DNA from: Candidatus Marinacidobacterales bacterium
GTDB lineage: Bacteria; Acidobacteriota; Vicinamibacteria; Marinacidobacterales; SMYC01
Direction: 5' to 3'
DNA: 64,000 nucleotides
Assembly (NCBI GenBank): GCA_965224085.1
Contig: CBDCYI010000005.1
Location: forward strand, 640,001 to 704,000
Shown here one piece after another: positions 42,271 to 53,020 of this stretch. The position numbers and the translations under genes were made by a program. The stretch's first letter is position 1; each line of letters starts with the position of its first letter. The notes beneath the pieces were generated by a model. The model did not search any database. It was not told where the DNA came from and was given only the letters and a program-made list of their open reading frames with translations.

Positions 42271-42557
42271 GCTATCGAGGGTTCCTCGCATCTTGCATGC
42301 TCGAAATAGGAGCCGGCGTGTACACATCGCCCCGAATGAACCGCGGCGTGCGAGAAAGAGTCTGGCGGGTCTGTGTCGACTGGTCCACGGAACTCGCCGT
42401 GGATGCGAGCGTGCTCATGACATGGCGCGACAGCAGCGCCCCGGGTGGCCAAGCGATTCTCGCGCTCGGAGAGCCCGCGAAGGAACTCTTTGACCATGAG
42501 GGTGTCCTTCTCGTTCGGCAGAAACCACACGATGCACTACCGTTCTTTGAAAACTGA
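42271..42557 (+). pseudogene. cas2: Type I-E Cas2, 5' truncated
   Basis: YRGFLASCMLEIGAGVYTSPRMNRGVRERVW..MTW....PGGQ...LGEP.KEL...EGVLLVR. Confidence 0.85.
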
Positions 42558-42586
42558 AGATTAAACGGGGGATGCGCTACAAAGAG
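42543..42586 (+). promoter_or_regulatory. Probable CRISPR I-E leader remnant, no repeats follow
   Basis: TTCTTTGAAAACTGAA...GCGCTACAAAGAG directly after cas2. Confidence 0.45.
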
Positions 42587-42644
42587 CTAGAACTTGCGTC
42601 ACGGATCCGGTGTGCGCGGCGTATTCAAATCCCAGCGGTCGTGC

Positions 42645-43731
42645 TGCCTTGGTGCACAACTCGCGATCTCGGTCCACAATTGTCCTGTACTCGCGGATTC
42701 GAGGTTCCCCATGAGCATTTTCAAACGCACTCAGCGGAAGTATGTGAAGAAGGCCTATCGCGTGAGGAATTGGCGTGAATATGAGGCGGGTCTACGCAAC
42801 CGTGGGAGCCTGACCGTCTGGATCTCGCTCACCGCCGGCAAGCTTGTGAACTGGGACGCGCCCCGGCCGAGGAGGAGGAAACCGGGCCGTCAACGCAAGT
42901 ACTCGAACCACGCCATCGAGACGGCTGTCACCCTGGGCATGGTGTTTCATCTGTCATCTAGGCAGAGCGAGGGATTGCTGCGGTCGTTGTTCGCTCTGAT
43001 GAAGCTAGACAATGATGTGCCCGATCACACCACGATCTCGAGGCGCAAGGCGAAGCTGGGTAAGGTCCCCTTCTACCAAGACAAGCAGAAGACGCCGTTG
43101 CACATCTTGATCGACAGCAGCGGTCTCGCTGTCCACGCCGGCCAGCTGCGCAGAGCACCAAATAGCAGGGACTATCGCAAGCTCCATCTGTGTGTCGACG
43201 AGCAGAGTGGCGAAGTCGTCGCCGGCGAGCTGACGAGCAAAAGAGCCCGCGATTCATCGCGGGTTGCATCGCTTGTCGGACAGAGCGACAGTCCCATCTC
43301 ATCGGCCAGAGCTGACACCGCATACGACGCCAGCGGCGTCTATGAGGCAATCGAGAATCACAGCGCTCATCGCTCGCCGAGGGTGCTGATACCGCCGCGC
43401 AAGGGCGCCCAGCTCGCATCGGGGCCGGCGAGCAGCCGACAGCGCAATCGCAACATTGCAGCACAAGCTCGGCTCGGCAAACGAAAGTGGCACACAGAAT
43501 CGGGCTACAGCAAACGGAGCAAAGTCGAGACAACGTTCCATCGCTACAAGGCTATCGTGGGCTCAGCGATGCGAGCGAGAGGGTTGGCGGCACAAAGAGT
43601 CGAGGCAAGGATCGGGTGCAAGATTCTCAACACGATGACGGCGCTCGGGATGCCTGATAGCGAGATGATCGGATGATGGGAGTCGGGGCCAAGCGAGCTC
43701 TCGGCCTCTATCGGAGTTGTGCACCAAGGCA
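42645..43731 (+). mobile_element. IS5 family (IS903 group), copy 2, intact; transposase 42711-43676
   Basis: Perfect 18-bp TIRs; NWREYE..L..RGSLTVW, PDHTTISRR, IDSSGL, ADTAYD, RSKVET. Confidence 0.94.
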
Positions 43732-43801
43732 GTTTATTGGCAGACCTATTCTTAGGCCGGCCAAGGAGCCGCCGCTACCCCAAATTCAACATCCGGCGGG
43801 A

Positions 43802-44453
43802 GTGCGCTGGGCTAACTGAAAGGAGCCTATGGGTGGAAGTCCAATCCGACCAAAAGTCGTAGCGGACAGGTCGGGACCGAGTCTTGCGGGCGTCGTGGCA
43901 ACGCGGGGTCCGAAGCGTAGACAGGGGTCGTGCAGGGTGTGTGAATGTAGCCTCGAAATGCTGAATATCGCGGAAGGCCGAGTTGATTCCCGTCAATGAA
44001 GGCAGCATGTGGGCCATCGCTATCGCGAGATGGTTACGCTCCGCCGGGGTCGTGGACCACATCACGTACGAAGAGTTCCTTTCGGGACCCAGGAGGTCCG
44101 GCCGGGTCCATCGGAATGGTCACCGATGGGGGCGTCGCGCAAGGGAAAACCGAAGCGCGGTGCTGAGCTGAGGCCGGAAGTCGGACCGATTCATAGTACT
44201 GAGGAAGCTATCGAAGGCAACGAGATGGTGGAGGGAAGGGATCGGCCTGGAGGGAACCCACGGGAGAGGGCTAAGGTCCGGACACAGCGCCGGGTCGCCT
44301 TACCGCCAAATCTCACGCGGGTGAACGAAGCAGCGAAGCGAGATAGAAAGGCTCGGTTCACTGCGTTGCTGCATCACGTGGATCACGAAGCGCTCTATCG
44401 AGCGTTTCGTCGGTTGAAGCGCAGCGCAAGCGCTGGTGTCGACGGAGAGACTG
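43802..44453 (+). mobile_element. Group II intron 5' fragment with the start of the RT/maturase
   Basis: GTGCG 5' end; GAAGCGT, GAAGGCAG and CATAGTAC..GAAG..GGAGGGAAGG motifs; ORF RFTALLHHV..AFRRLK..SAGVDGET. Confidence 0.88.
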
Positions 44454-44711
44454 TTGGAGAGCAACATCCATTACCCCACAGATAGCTCACTGCTTGCCGA
44501 TGGCATCCGGGTGCTCACCCGTAGTCTGAAGTGTATTGCAAAGGCTTGTGCTCAAGGTGCGCTCAAGGTGGTGGACCACAGCCGATCAACGAAAAACAGG
44601 CAGCTTGAGATCGACCGCGCCAGCAAGTCGTTCACCGAATCGAGCCAAGTCAAGTTCAAGCAAAGTTATCGCAAGCTCATGGGCACGGCGCGCAGCGTGG
44701 TCCGGCAAGCC
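44454..44711 (+). pseudogene. DDE transposase fragment (ISNCY/IS5-like)
   Basis: ESNIHYPTDSSLLADGIRVLTR. Confidence 0.75.
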
Positions 44712-44998
44712 GTGACAGCCGTCTCGATGGCGTGGTTCGAGTACTTGCGTTGACGGCCCGGTTTCCTCTTCCTCGGCCGGGGCGCGTCCCAGTTCACAAG
44801 CTTGCCGTCGGTGAGCGAGACCCAAACGGTCAGGCTCCCGCGGTCGCGTAGACCCGCCTCATATTCACGCCAATTCCTCACGCGATAGGCCTTCTTCACA
44901 TACTTCCGCTGAGTGCGTTTGAAAATGCTCATGGGGAACCTCGAATCCGTGAGTAAAGGACAATTGTGGACCGAGATCGCGAGTTGTGCACCAAGGCA
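44712..44998 (-). mobile_element. IS903-group copy 3, left-end fragment, diverged
   Basis: Same TIR and MSIFKRTQRKY start, with substitutions. Confidence 0.9.
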
Positions 44999-45154
44999 CC
45001 AATCCGGCAGAAACACCACTCCCCAATAGAGCTCTCTTCGGTTTTTCTTCAGAAACATGGCTACTCCTCGCTTTGAGCTCGTTTCGTCGCTTACTCATAC
45101 CGCCACTCGCACCGATGACGCACTCCGGTCCGTGTAGGCAGGCTCCGTCGAATG

Positions 45155-45169
45155 TGGTACACGTATTGC
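45155..45169 (+). promoter_or_regulatory. Sigma54 -24/-12 promoter
   Basis: TGGTAC-ACGTA-TTGC, 52 bp before the amidohydrolase ATG. Confidence 0.65.
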
Positions 45170-45221
45170 TCTGCCGTTGGAGCCGGGGTCGGTCACGGCA
45201 GGCATCGCTGGGAGGAAAGCC

Positions 45222-46738
45222 ATGCGAATGAGGAAACGAGCAAGCGTTCTTTGCCTGTTGCCCCTGTTCCTAATCGCTGCCAGCGGCGAGAGCGGGACGC
45301 AGTCGAGCCGGACGACGGCCATCGTTGGGGCCACGGTGATCGATGGTACGGGAGGTCCACCACTCCTGGACGCGACGATCGTCGTGACCGACAAACGTAT
45401 CGCGGCCGTGGGGCCGCGAAGCTCGGTGGACGTCCCGGAAGGTGCCCTCGTCGTCGACGCGAGCGGTCAATTCATCACTCCCGGATTGATCGACACCAAC
45501 GTGCATCTCTCGGTCACCTTTGCTCGGTCCGGTCCGAGCAAAGAAACGGCCGTCGTAACGCCGAGCTGACCCTCGAAGCGGCCCAGATGCAGTTGAAATA
45601 CGGCGTGACCACCGTGCGTGATAGCTACGGAGCGCTCCTTCCGCTGAAAGAGTTACGCGACGCCATCGCACGTGGGGAGGTGATCGGACCACGCATGCTG
45701 GTAGCAGGCAACATCGTGGGTTGGGGAGGACCCTTTTCGGTGAGCTTCTCGCTCGTTCGAGAGGAAGGCCTGTCCCTTTGGGAGGAGCAAATCAACGATG
45801 CGGTCACCCAGGGGAGTGGCGAAGAGCTCATGGAGATGTATCCGGAGGAGCTTCGCGAAGCCATCAGCGCCTACCTCGACAAGGGGCCTGATTTCATCAA
45901 GTTTGGCGGGACGTCTCATTGGTCGCCGACGTTCATCGGCTTTTCCGAGAAGGCGCAGCGGATCCTCGTCGAAGAAACGCACAAACGGGGACGGATAGCA
46001 GAAACGCACGCCACCAGTCCGGAAGGGCTTCGGATATCCATCGAGGCGGGAGTCGATCTCATCCAGCACCCGGAGGTGCTGGCGGGAAGGGAGATCTCCG
46101 ACGAGCTGGTCCGACAGATTCGCGAGCGCGAGATCGTCTGTTCGATGCTGGTCAACCGCTGGGGCGGGCAAGGCTATCAGGAGCACCTCGAAGCCCGGAA
46201 GGCGGCCGAAGCCCGCCTGGCGTCGGAGGAATCCGTGGCCCGGAAGCCCGGGCTGAAACGAGCGGTGAAGAGGGAGAAGGCCTCCGCGGAGCGGCGGCGA
46301 GAACGGGCGCTCCTGGGTCTCGACACCGAGATGAACCGGGGGAACGCAAAGAAACTCATCGAGGGCGGCTGCATCGTGACGGTGGGGACGGACAACGCTC
46401 CCGTGGCCGCGCCGGAGTTCTCGAGAACGCCGACCGGCTTGCGGTCCGTCTACCGGGAGCCGGGCTACGGGACCATCTCCGCCATCGAGAATCTGGTGGA
46501 GTTCGGCATGAGCGCCGAAGAGGCCATCGTGGCTGGAAGCCGAAACGGCGCCATCGCCTCGAAGGGCCTCGAGGATTTCGGCACCCTCGAGGTCGGCAAA
46601 TTTGCGGACTTGCTCATCCTGGATGCCGACCCCATCGCGGATATCTCGAATCTCAGAAAGTTGCGTTGGGTCATGAAGGAGGGCCAGAGGATCGATCCGA
46701 AGACCCTGCCCACCAACCCGATTCTCTATGAGCGATGA
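45222..46738 (+). pseudogene. Secreted amidohydrolase-family protein, frameshift near 45555
   Basis: Signal peptide, ITPGLIDTNVH, then a second frame YGVTTVRD..VGTD..GTLEVGKFADL. Confidence 0.8.
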
Positions 46739-46761
46739 TCTTTGATTTCGTCGAGGAAACG

Positions 46762-47592
46762 ATGCGAAGAATGAATGCTCGCGCGGTGCTGGCCTCGAGT
46801 GTGCTGGCCCTCCTCGGGATCGGCACCGCAACTCCACAGACCGGACTCGTCCAGAATCCGATGGAGGGAGACCCGAAGGCCCTCGAGCAGGGCATGCACA
46901 TGTACAGGCACCGGTGCGGCGTTTGCCACGGGCTGGACGGGCTCGGCTACCAGGGACCGGATTTGAAGAACGGCCCGTGGCTCCACGGCGACAGCGACGC
47001 CGACCTGTTTCGGGTCATCTCGCGCGGTGTTCCCGGATCGGAGATGGGGCCGGCTCGACTTCAGGAGGACGAGGTCTGGATGGTGATCGCTTATCTGCGC
47101 AGCTTGAGGAGCTCGGGAACGGATCAGGAGGAGCCGGGCAACGCCGCCGCAGGTGAAGAAATCTACTGGGACAAGGGCTCGTGCGAACAGTGTCACCGGA
47201 TCAACGGCCGTGGGGGACGGCTCGGCCCCGATCTGTCCCGCATCGGCGCGGCGCGCTCCAGAACGGCGTTGATGCGGGAGCTCCGAAGCGCGAGCGAGTA
47301 TTTCCCCCCCGGATACGAGCCCGTCACCGTGCTCCTCCGCGACGGGCGGCGTATTCCCGGCGTCAGGAAGAACGAGGACACCTTTTCGATTCAGTTGATG
47401 GATGTGAACGAGGAGCTGCACCTGTTACTCAAGAGTGACTTGTTGGAGGTCATCGACGAAGAGCACTCCCTCATGCCAGACTACGGTGTCGAGCAGCTCA
47501 CCGACGCCGAGCTCGACGATCTCTTGAGCTATCTCCGTACCCTGGGAACCACGGCAGCTTCCGCCAGGCCGGTGCAGCAGAGATCACGATGA
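46762..47592 (+). CDS. Di-heme c-type cytochrome
   Basis: Signal peptide, CGVCH and CEQCH, GPDL motifs, SLMP. Confidence 0.88.
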   Translation: MRRMNARAVLASSVLALLGIGTATPQTGLVQNPMEGDPKALEQGMHMYRHRCGVCHGLDGLGYQGPDLKNGPWLHGDSDADLFRVISRGVPGSEMGPARLQEDEVWMVIAYLRSLRSSGTDQEEPGNAAAGEEIYWDKGSCEQCHRINGRGGRLGPDLSRIGAARSRTALMRELRSASEYFPPGYEPVTVLLRDGRRIPGVRKNEDTFSIQLMDVNEELHLLLKSDLLEVIDEEHSLMPDYGVEQLTDAELDDLLSYLRTLGTTAASARPVQQRSR

Positions 47593-49202
47593 ACAGGCGG
47601 GCGAGCTCGGTCACCGTCGTCGGAGCGGTGTGCATCATCGCGACCTTCGGGGTAATCGCCTCCGCTCAGGAGGTTCGTCGCGAAGATCTTCTCGATGGGC
47701 TCGCGAACCCGGAACGGTGGCTGACCTATTCGGGAAACTACACCGGGCAGCGGAACAGCCCGTTGACCCAGATCACGACGGAGAACGTCCGGAGGCTGGC
47801 GCCCCGATGGACCTTTCAAACCGGGGTTCTGGGGAAATTCGAGGCAACTCCCATCGTCCTCGACGGGATATTGTTCGTCACCGGACAGGACAACCATGCC
47901 TGGGCCCTCGACGCCCGGACGGGCCGCTCCATCTGGCATTACCACAAGCCGCTGCCGGACCTCCTGAATGTCTGCTGCGGCTCCGTCAACCGTGGCTTCG
48001 CCATCTACCGGGATCGACTCTACATGGCTACGCTCGATGCGCGTCTGGTCGCGCTGGACGCGAAGACGGGAAGCCTGATCTGGGACGTGGACATCGCCGA
48101 TCCCGAGCGTGGTTACTCTGCCACCGCCGCCCCCCTCGTGGTGAAGGACAAGTTGGTGGTGGGCATTGCCGGCGCCGAATACGGTACGCGAGGCTTTCTG
48201 GACGCCTACGATACCGGTACCGGAAAGAGGCGCTGGCGCTTCTGGACGGTGCCCGAGCCCGGCAAGCCGGGCGGCGACACCTGGGCGGGGGACGCCTGGG
48301 AGCGCGGGGGAGGTTCGACGTGGCTGACCGGAACCTATGACCCCGAGCTGAACCTCATCTACTGGGGCACGGGGAATCCCGGACCGGACCTTCTCGGCGA
48401 AGTACGCCCGGGGGACAACCTCTACACGGACTCGGTGGTGGCCCTCGATGCCGACTCTGGCGAGCTGCGCTGGTACTACCAGTTCACGCCGCACGACACC
48501 CACGACTGGGACTCGAACCAAGTGCCGGTGCTTGCCGACATCGAAGGGGAGAGCGGCACGCGAAAGCTCTTGATGTTGGCCAACCGCAATGGGTTTTTCT
48601 ATACCCTCGATCGGACGAACGGGGAGCTGTTAGTGGGAAAGCCCTTCGTTCACACCACCTGGGCCACGGAGATCGGCCCCGACGGCAGGCCCATCCTCCT
48701 CCCCAACAACACGCCGAGCGCCGAGGGCACCTTCACCTGTCCCGACGTCGAAGGGGCGACGAACTGGATGTCTCCTTCTTTCAACCCCTCAACGGGATGG
48801 CTCTATGTGACGGCCCGTGAAGCCTGCGCCACCTTTTATGCGTGGCCCCAGGAGTTCATCGAGGGCCAGTACTACTTCGGCGGAACCTACCGACCTTCGG
48901 GCCCCCGTGCATACAGCGCCCTGCGGGCCATCGATCCGCTCACCGCGGAAGTGAAGTGGGAGTTCAAGTATTTTACCGCCTCGATGGGAGGCACCCTTTC
49001 CACGGATGGGGGCCTCGTCTTCGGCGGAGACATGGATGGAAACGTGATGGCGTTCGACGCCCGCACCGGTGAGAACCTGTGGCACTTTCAGACGGGTGCC
49101 TCCATCTACGCGTCACCCATCACTTACATGCTGGACGGCACGCAGTACGTCATGATTCCGTCGGGAACGACCCTCTTTGCCTTCGCCCTTCCGAAGGAGT
49201 GA
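47589..49202 (+). CDS. PQQ-dependent dehydrogenase, methanol/ethanol family
   Basis: CCGSVNRG, YWGTGNPGP, TPHDTHDWD, ANRNG, Trp-docking repeats. Confidence 0.92.
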   Translation: MNRRASSVTVVGAVCIIATFGVIASAQEVRREDLLDGLANPERWLTYSGNYTGQRNSPLTQITTENVRRLAPRWTFQTGVLGKFEATPIVLDGILFVTGQDNHAWALDARTGRSIWHYHKPLPDLLNVCCGSVNRGFAIYRDRLYMATLDARLVALDAKTGSLIWDVDIADPERGYSATAAPLVVKDKLVVGIAGAEYGTRGFLDAYDTGTGKRRWRFWTVPEPGKPGGDTWAGDAWERGGGSTWLTGTYDPELNLIYWGTGNPGPDLLGEVRPGDNLYTDSVVALDADSGELRWYYQFTPHDTHDWDSNQVPVLADIEGESGTRKLLMLANRNGFFYTLDRTNGELLVGKPFVHTTWATEIGPDGRPILLPNNTPSAEGTFTCPDVEGATNWMSPSFNPSTGWLYVTAREACATFYAWPQEFIEGQYYFGGTYRPSGPRAYSALRAIDPLTAEVKWEFKYFTASMGGTLSTDGGLVFGGDMDGNVMAFDARTGENLWHFQTGASIYASPITYMLDGTQYVMIPSGTTLFAFALPKE

Positions 49203-49229
49203 GTGTTATATGCACTTTGAACAAGGACG

Positions 49230-50314
49230 GGCGTTGTTGCACGGCCCGGAGCAAATCGCTGACCTCCCTGTGCCGGTTGCAGAGTCACCCGGCGCAGTAC
49301 GTATCGGGCATCCCGAGCGCAGCCATCTTGTTGAGTATCTCGCACCCAATTCGGTGTTCAACTCGTTGCCTCGCCAACGTTCGAGCCCGCATCTCCGGCC
49401 CGATGATCGCCTTGTAACGATAGACCGCGTTCTCCACCATGCTTCGCTTGGTGTAGCCTGAGAGCTTGTACCATTCACGTCGGCCGTGTCTTTCGATTGC
49501 ACGAATATGGCGATCTCGCTCCTGCATGGCCGTGTTCGAATTCTGACTGAGCGTCGCGTTTCGTTGCGGCGGAATCACCACGCGCGTCCTTCGTCCAGGA
49601 CTGTGCGCTTCGATGGCTTCGTAGACCGCTTCCTTGTCGTATGCACTGTCCGCCGCCACCGACACTAGAGGTGCTTGAATCTGTGTTAGCAAAGCGGGGA
49701 CTCGGGTTGCGTCGCGAGCTCGTGACGCCGTCAGTTCGGACGCAACAATGTTCCCTGTCTTGCGATCAACGGCGATGTGCAACTTGCGCCATGCGCGCTG
49801 CTTTGGCGGTTTGCGAGCGTTTCCAACATGAATCCTCAAGCCCGTGCTATCGATCATCAGGTGGATGGGTTGAGTGCTCGCGGCTTTCGGAATCCGCAGC
49901 TTCTTGCGGAGCAACCTCGAGCGCCGACACAACGCCGAGTAGTCCGGGATCTCGATACACAGCCGGAGAAGCGAGGCGATCGAGTGCAAAAAGCCTTCGG
50001 TTTGTCGGTAGGCGAGCTTGTACACCATCCGGACAACCAGGCCCGTTTCAATCGCCATGTCTGAATAGACCCGTTGACCGCCAGGCTTACCGGTCTTGTC
50101 GGCCTTCCAGTTCGCGATTGCCTCCTCGTCAAACCAGACTGTCAAATCGCCCCGGCGGCGCAGCCCTTCGTTGTATTCCGCCCAGTTGCGAACGTGGTAC
50201 TTCTTCTGCTTCGCGTGCTTGTACTGGCAGCGCTTGGGATACTTCATGCTCGAACATACCTCGGCCACCACCATAGGCGGATTTCGCTCTCAGCCAGAGC
50301 GGTGCAACAACGCC
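49230..50314 (-). mobile_element. Second IS903-group element; transposase 49285-50274
   Basis: TIRs GGCGTTGTTGCAC / GTGCAACAACGCC; NWAEYN..L..RG, IDSTGL, WRKLH; no TSD. Confidence 0.93.
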
Positions 50315-50410
50315 TCGATCAAGTAGACGATAGCGGCCTGTTGCTCACGCTGGATCCAACCGGCGACGGCGACGACGAGGAGTGTCCAGGGTTGGATAGG
50401 CGCGCTCATC
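50315..50410 (-). pseudogene. N-terminal fragment of an rve-type transposase
   Basis: Manual translation MSAPIQPWTLLVVAVAGWIQREQQAAIVYLIE, recalled as the usual N-terminus of this family; cut by IS. Confidence 0.6.
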
Positions 50411-50480
50411 ACGGATTCTACCTTGCGTTGCCAATCAAAGCGGAGACGCGTCTATCAGAAATGCCCCGGTTGACGAGGGC

Positions 50481-50646
50481 TGTGGTCCGCAAAAAGTCGA
50501 TCCAGTCTTCATTGCGGGGTTTAGACCTGCCTTCCACGAGACTTGGTGGGATCCGCCTCAGCTCTGCCTGACGGACCCGGATACGGGGATCCTCTATGGG
50601 TTCCGGGACGACAAAGCCTAGTCTGAGCGAGGTTTTCGAACACGCG
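50481..50646. mobile_element. Candidate MITE / paired end sites
   Basis: 50480-50505 matches the reverse complement of 42246-42271 at 25/26; the other end is CGAGGTTTTCGAACACGCG. Confidence 0.45.
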
Positions 50647-50745
50647 GAGGTTGCCGCCTGATCTGATACCCTGATGACCGAGTGGAGGGTGCCGTTCTTT
50701 TTCCACGGACCTCGGGACACATCCCTACGGTCTTGAGAAAACGAG

Positions 50746-51000
50746 TTACGAATCCTTGGTCTTGAGCTGGGCTTTGTTTTCTTGAATGAAGGCGCGGATG
50801 TCATCTGTCATCTCGAGCAGTTTCTCCCACTGATCCTTGTATAAGGTCACCGGGAAACGGCCCAGTCCGTAAACGGAGACGCCGCCCTTCTGGCTGACTT
50901 TGAGGGAGAGCTCTTTCTCACTGCGCTTCTTGAGCGTTTCATTCTCAGCTTGCAAGCGCTCCAGTTCTTTCTTCATTTCTTCCGGTGTCATGTCGCTCAC
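50746..51000 (-). CDS. Small conserved hypothetical protein
   Basis: RBS GGAGG plus GTG; coiled coil then LKVSQKGGVSVYGLGRFPVTLYKDQW. Confidence 0.75.
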   Translation of the reverse strand: MSDMTPEEMKKELERLQAENETLKKRSEKELSLKVSQKGGVSVYGLGRFPVTLYKDQWEKLLEMTDDIRAFIQENKAQLKTKDS

Positions 51001-51145
51001 GATTTGCCTCCGTGCTTTCGACTGTGTCGCCTCTATCCGATGAAACAGATGAGTCCCCGAGTGAGACACTAAAACGTAGCCCTGCCCCATCCCCGTCCGC
51101 GTACGATGCGGCCGGGCTTCGCTGGATAATAGCAGGTACGAGATT

Positions 51146-51517
51146 TGAACCGCCCCGGGTTTCCCGGAGACTCCAACTCTTGAGAGGATGGAGTCATGAC
51201 AAGACGAAGCAAGGTATTCACCGGAGATGAAAGAGCGCGCAGTGCGGATGGTTTTCGACCAGCAGGCTCAGCACGAATCACAGTGGTCGGCGCTCTCATC
51301 GATTGCGTCGAAGATTGACTGTACGCGGGAAACGCTACGCACGTGGGTGCGGCGAGCAGAGCGTGATGCTGGGAAACGAGCGGAACTGACGACGGACGAG
51401 CGTCAGCGGCTGAAGGAGCTTGAGCGAGAGAACCGTGAGCTAAAGCGGGCGAACGAGATCCTTCGCAAGGCGTCGGCGTTTTTCGCCCAGGCGGAGCTCG
51501 ACCGCCGACCGAAGTGA
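51146..51517 (+). mobile_element. IS3 family left end and orfA; orfB missing
   Basis: TGAACCGCCCCGG end; ELERENRELKRANEILRKASAFFAQAELDRR. Confidence 0.88.
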
Positions 51518-51604
51518 AGGTGTTTGTTCGTCGACCTCGGCTGTGGCGGGCGTGATGCCGAGCAGGGCCGCGAATTCATCCGGCCCCCCCAGGGCCTCCA
51601 AACG

Positions 51605-51696
51605 CGTCCTGTGCCAAAACTCGGATCTTTCGAAATAGACCATAAATCAGCAGCTTAGCAAGTTCGGTGCGCGCGGATGAATAAATAGAAGGCACA
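51605..51696. mobile_element. 92-bp MITE-like element
   Basis: First 52 bp nearly identical to 41681-41732; ends GGATGAATAAATAGAAGGCACA. Confidence 0.5.
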
Positions 51697-52554
51697 GCAG
51701 GGCGGTGCGTTCAGACTCCAGTCGTACTCGTGATCCAGCGACCCGTCGAAGCCTCGTAGCTGCTCCGCCAGCGCGTCGTCCGCGTACTTCAGCAGGTGTG
51801 CGAGCACCCCGGTGTCCGAACCGCCGAAATCCTCATGGTACCAGTAGTAGATGCTGGACACGACGGCGAACGCCTCGTCCAGAAACTCGACGCCGCGCGG
51901 GTGATTCACGTATTCCCGCGCGCCCTGATCGAGCATACGCTCCAGGTTGGCGGCGGTATAGACCTCCGGGGACAGATTCGGACAGCCGATGCCCGCACAA
52001 TTCACGGCGTAGTGGATCCGGTTATCCCGCCAGATGGGCCGCAGGATGTCGTGCTCGATGTTGTTCAGGGTCAGTTCTTTTCCGGCAACGGTCGCGTGGA
52101 CATCGTCCCACGGCCCCAGCAGGGGGATCAGACCCTCGTGGATCTGCTTGATCGAGTCCACGGGATACTCGCCCAGGACCACCTGCACGGTCAGCGCGTT
52201 GTAGAGATTGATCCAGTACGCCATCTGCTCCGCCTTCGCGTAGCGCCTCGGATCGAGCCCCTGGAGGTAGTCGAGATAAACGGCGAGACGCTGCTGGTCG
52301 GCGACGTTCGCCTGCAACGCCCGGTAATCGACCAGATTGACGCCGGACGGGTCATCGGTGATCAGATAGATGTCCAGGAGCGCCTGCCAGTCGCGGTGGT
52401 CGATTCGCTCGTTGCTGGCGGCGTCGTGGTCGGCCCAGGAATGATCGTCGGGCGGCGACGTACAGGACGCCGAGGCCAGCGCCAGGAGACCAATCAAGCT
52501 AGACAGCGCCGAGTCGAAGGCGCATCTTCCTCGCGCGTGCGGCGTGCGTGTCAT
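51655..52554 (-). CDS. DUF547 family putative lipoprotein
   Basis: AYWINLYNALT, TLNNIEH.ILR, RIHYAVNCA..CP.L, YDWSLN; LASASC lipobox. Confidence 0.88.
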   Translation of the reverse strand: MTRTPHARGRCAFDSALSSLIGLLALASASCTSPPDDHSWADHDAASNERIDHRDWQALLDIYLITDDPSGVNLVDYRALQANVADQQRLAVYLDYLQGLDPRRYAKAEQMAYWINLYNALTVQVVLGEYPVDSIKQIHEGLIPLLGPWDDVHATVAGKELTLNNIEHDILRPIWRDNRIHYAVNCAGIGCPNLSPEVYTAANLERMLDQGAREYVNHPRGVEFLDEAFAVVSSIYYWYHEDFGGSDTGVLAHLLKYADDALAEQLRGFDGSLDHEYDWSLNAPPCCAFYLFIRAHRTC

Positions 52555-53020
52555 CGTTGTCCTTCCGTTCCGGCTTGCTAACCTATGCACGATGACTGAC
52601 CTGCCCGGTATCACCTACAGCAGTACTGTCAAGTTTTCCACGGCCTGACGGCCACCCCGAATGAATGAAACGCGGTAGTCTCTGGAGGTGGCACCGGCTC
52701 AACACGACGCCTGAGGGAGCTCGGTTTTGACGTCACTGCCCCCAAACGCTACACCCTGAGTTTCTTATTAGTTGACGAAAAGCAATCATCTGCACCGGCT
52801 TCACCGTCGGATGCAGCACAAGCTCCTCCATCCGGGTCGCGAGCTTGAGCGTCGCTTCGAGGGCTTCCAGCGCAATTTCCAGGCGACCGGCCAGGTGCTA
52901 GGGGAGAGGTTCGAAATTGCCATCGTCGATCCAATCGAGCCAGCCGATCCAGCCGAAGACGAACCGAGCGACGATCCCGCGGTGGGCTAAACCCTTCCTG
53001 AAACCCACACGGTACAAGAG

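Noticed and set aside
42587-42644. CRISPR array after cas2
   Set aside because: No I-E-like repeat or regular repeat-spacer spacing was seen here or elsewhere in the window.
45540-45570. Programmed frameshift in the amidohydrolase
   Set aside because: No slippery sequence; looks like a small deletion or sequencing error.
42645-50314. Composite transposon of IS903-group elements around the PQQ operon
   Set aside because: The flanking elements differ in TIR and transposase, and there is no shared TSD.
50672-50735. Hammerhead ribozyme (CTGATGA + CCGAG/CTCGG stem); similar CAGATGAGTC near 51046
   Set aside because: The core GAAA is missing (GACA) and stems I and III do not form convincingly.
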